Part shown: positions 63,824-64,000 of the stretch, one piece after another
Layout: each line of letters opens with the position of its first letter
Numbering within the stretch: the stretch's first letter is position 1
Program-made: the position numbers and the translations under genes
Source of the DNA: Candidatus Poribacteria bacterium
GTDB lineage: Bacteria > Poribacteria > WGA-4E > WGA-3G
Reading direction: 5' to 3'
DNA length: 64,000 nt
Assembly: GCA_022824835.1 (NCBI GenBank)
Contig: JAJDZB010000073.1
Span: 23,933-87,932, forward strand
Notes under the pieces: model-generated
Seen by the model: the letters and a program-made list of their open reading frames with translations, nothing else
What the model was told of the DNA's origin: nothing
The model's database searches: none

Positions 63824-64000
63824 TTAGATTCTACTATTTATCATTTGGGACATCGCCTTTGGTGCTGACAGGAGGACATCTCCGGCTATAAGACCGTGCA
63901 TTCCTGTCTTATCTGCTGCGATGTCGCCTGCTAATCCATGTATGTAAACACCGAGTATCGCAGCTATATCAACGGGTAGGTTTTGTGCTATCAGTCCAGC
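63824..64000 (-). CDS. NAD(P)H-hydrate dehydratase (YjeF C-terminal domain), 3' fragment truncated by the window edge
   Basis: My own translation of the minus strand gives AGLIAQNLPVDIAAILGVYIHGLAGDIAADKTGMHGLIAGDVLLSAPKAMSQMINSRI*, matching the conserved C-terminus of carbohydrate-kinase-type Nnr proteins. Not in the ORF track because it is under 60 aa. Confidence 0.6.
   Translation of the reverse strand, partial: AGLIAQNLPVDIAAILGVYIHGLAGDIAADKTGMHGLIAGDVLLSAPKAMSQMINSRI

Overview
A 64 kb bacterial chromosomal window, AT-rich and densely coding, with no rRNA, tRNA or CRISPR that I can find. The lineage is probably uncultured: several proteins carry T9SS/FlgD-Ig-like C-terminal domains, WD40, dockerin-like, FGE-sulfatase, ASPIC/UnbV and TPR modules, which fits an FCB- or PVC/Poribacteria-like organism, but this is a low-confidence guess. 

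Positions 164-20252 are a minus-strand housekeeping block with Firmicute-like synteny: rsmE-mtaB, rpe, PASTA protein, fmt, lspA, an IleRS-like gene, yggT-proC-yggS, mmsA, ctp, gatCA and pcrA. 

Positions 20.5-26.2 kb are an accessory patch. It holds two paralogous PD40/TolB-like secreted proteins, a secreted hypothetical, a frameshifted FliA-like sigma gene, an exact 106-bp direct repeat, and about 1 kb of repeat-filled non-coding DNA. 

The rest mixes metabolism and envelope genes:
- thiD, murJ, hisF, gmhA, glpD, livJHM and purB
- a 4-gene envelope operon (SBP-OmpA fusion, VWA, SBP-OmpA fusion, Tat-DUF4159)
- two large secreted metalloprotease-like proteins
- two oxidoreductases
- a TPR-FGE-CRTAC1 operon

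Intergenic DNA carries at least six lineage-specific repeat families: a MITE with 17-nt TIRs, a REP-like GGTTAGGAAACCG hairpin, 34-bp tandem hairpin units, strand-biased TGGAAG tracts, TGTGCTACA arrays and AATCCT periodic tracts. 

The most unusual items are:
- an intact 861-codon IleRS homolog in the ancestral ileS position that lacks the HIGH and KMSKS motifs
- a sigma-centred mini-regulon marked by a shared cis element
- a short conserved basic C-terminal tag (K-x-T-x-W-G/A-x-I/L-K-K/R) on three secreted proteins
- the SBP-OmpA/VWA/DUF4159 operon

All functional calls come from motif recognition by eye. No database search was run.
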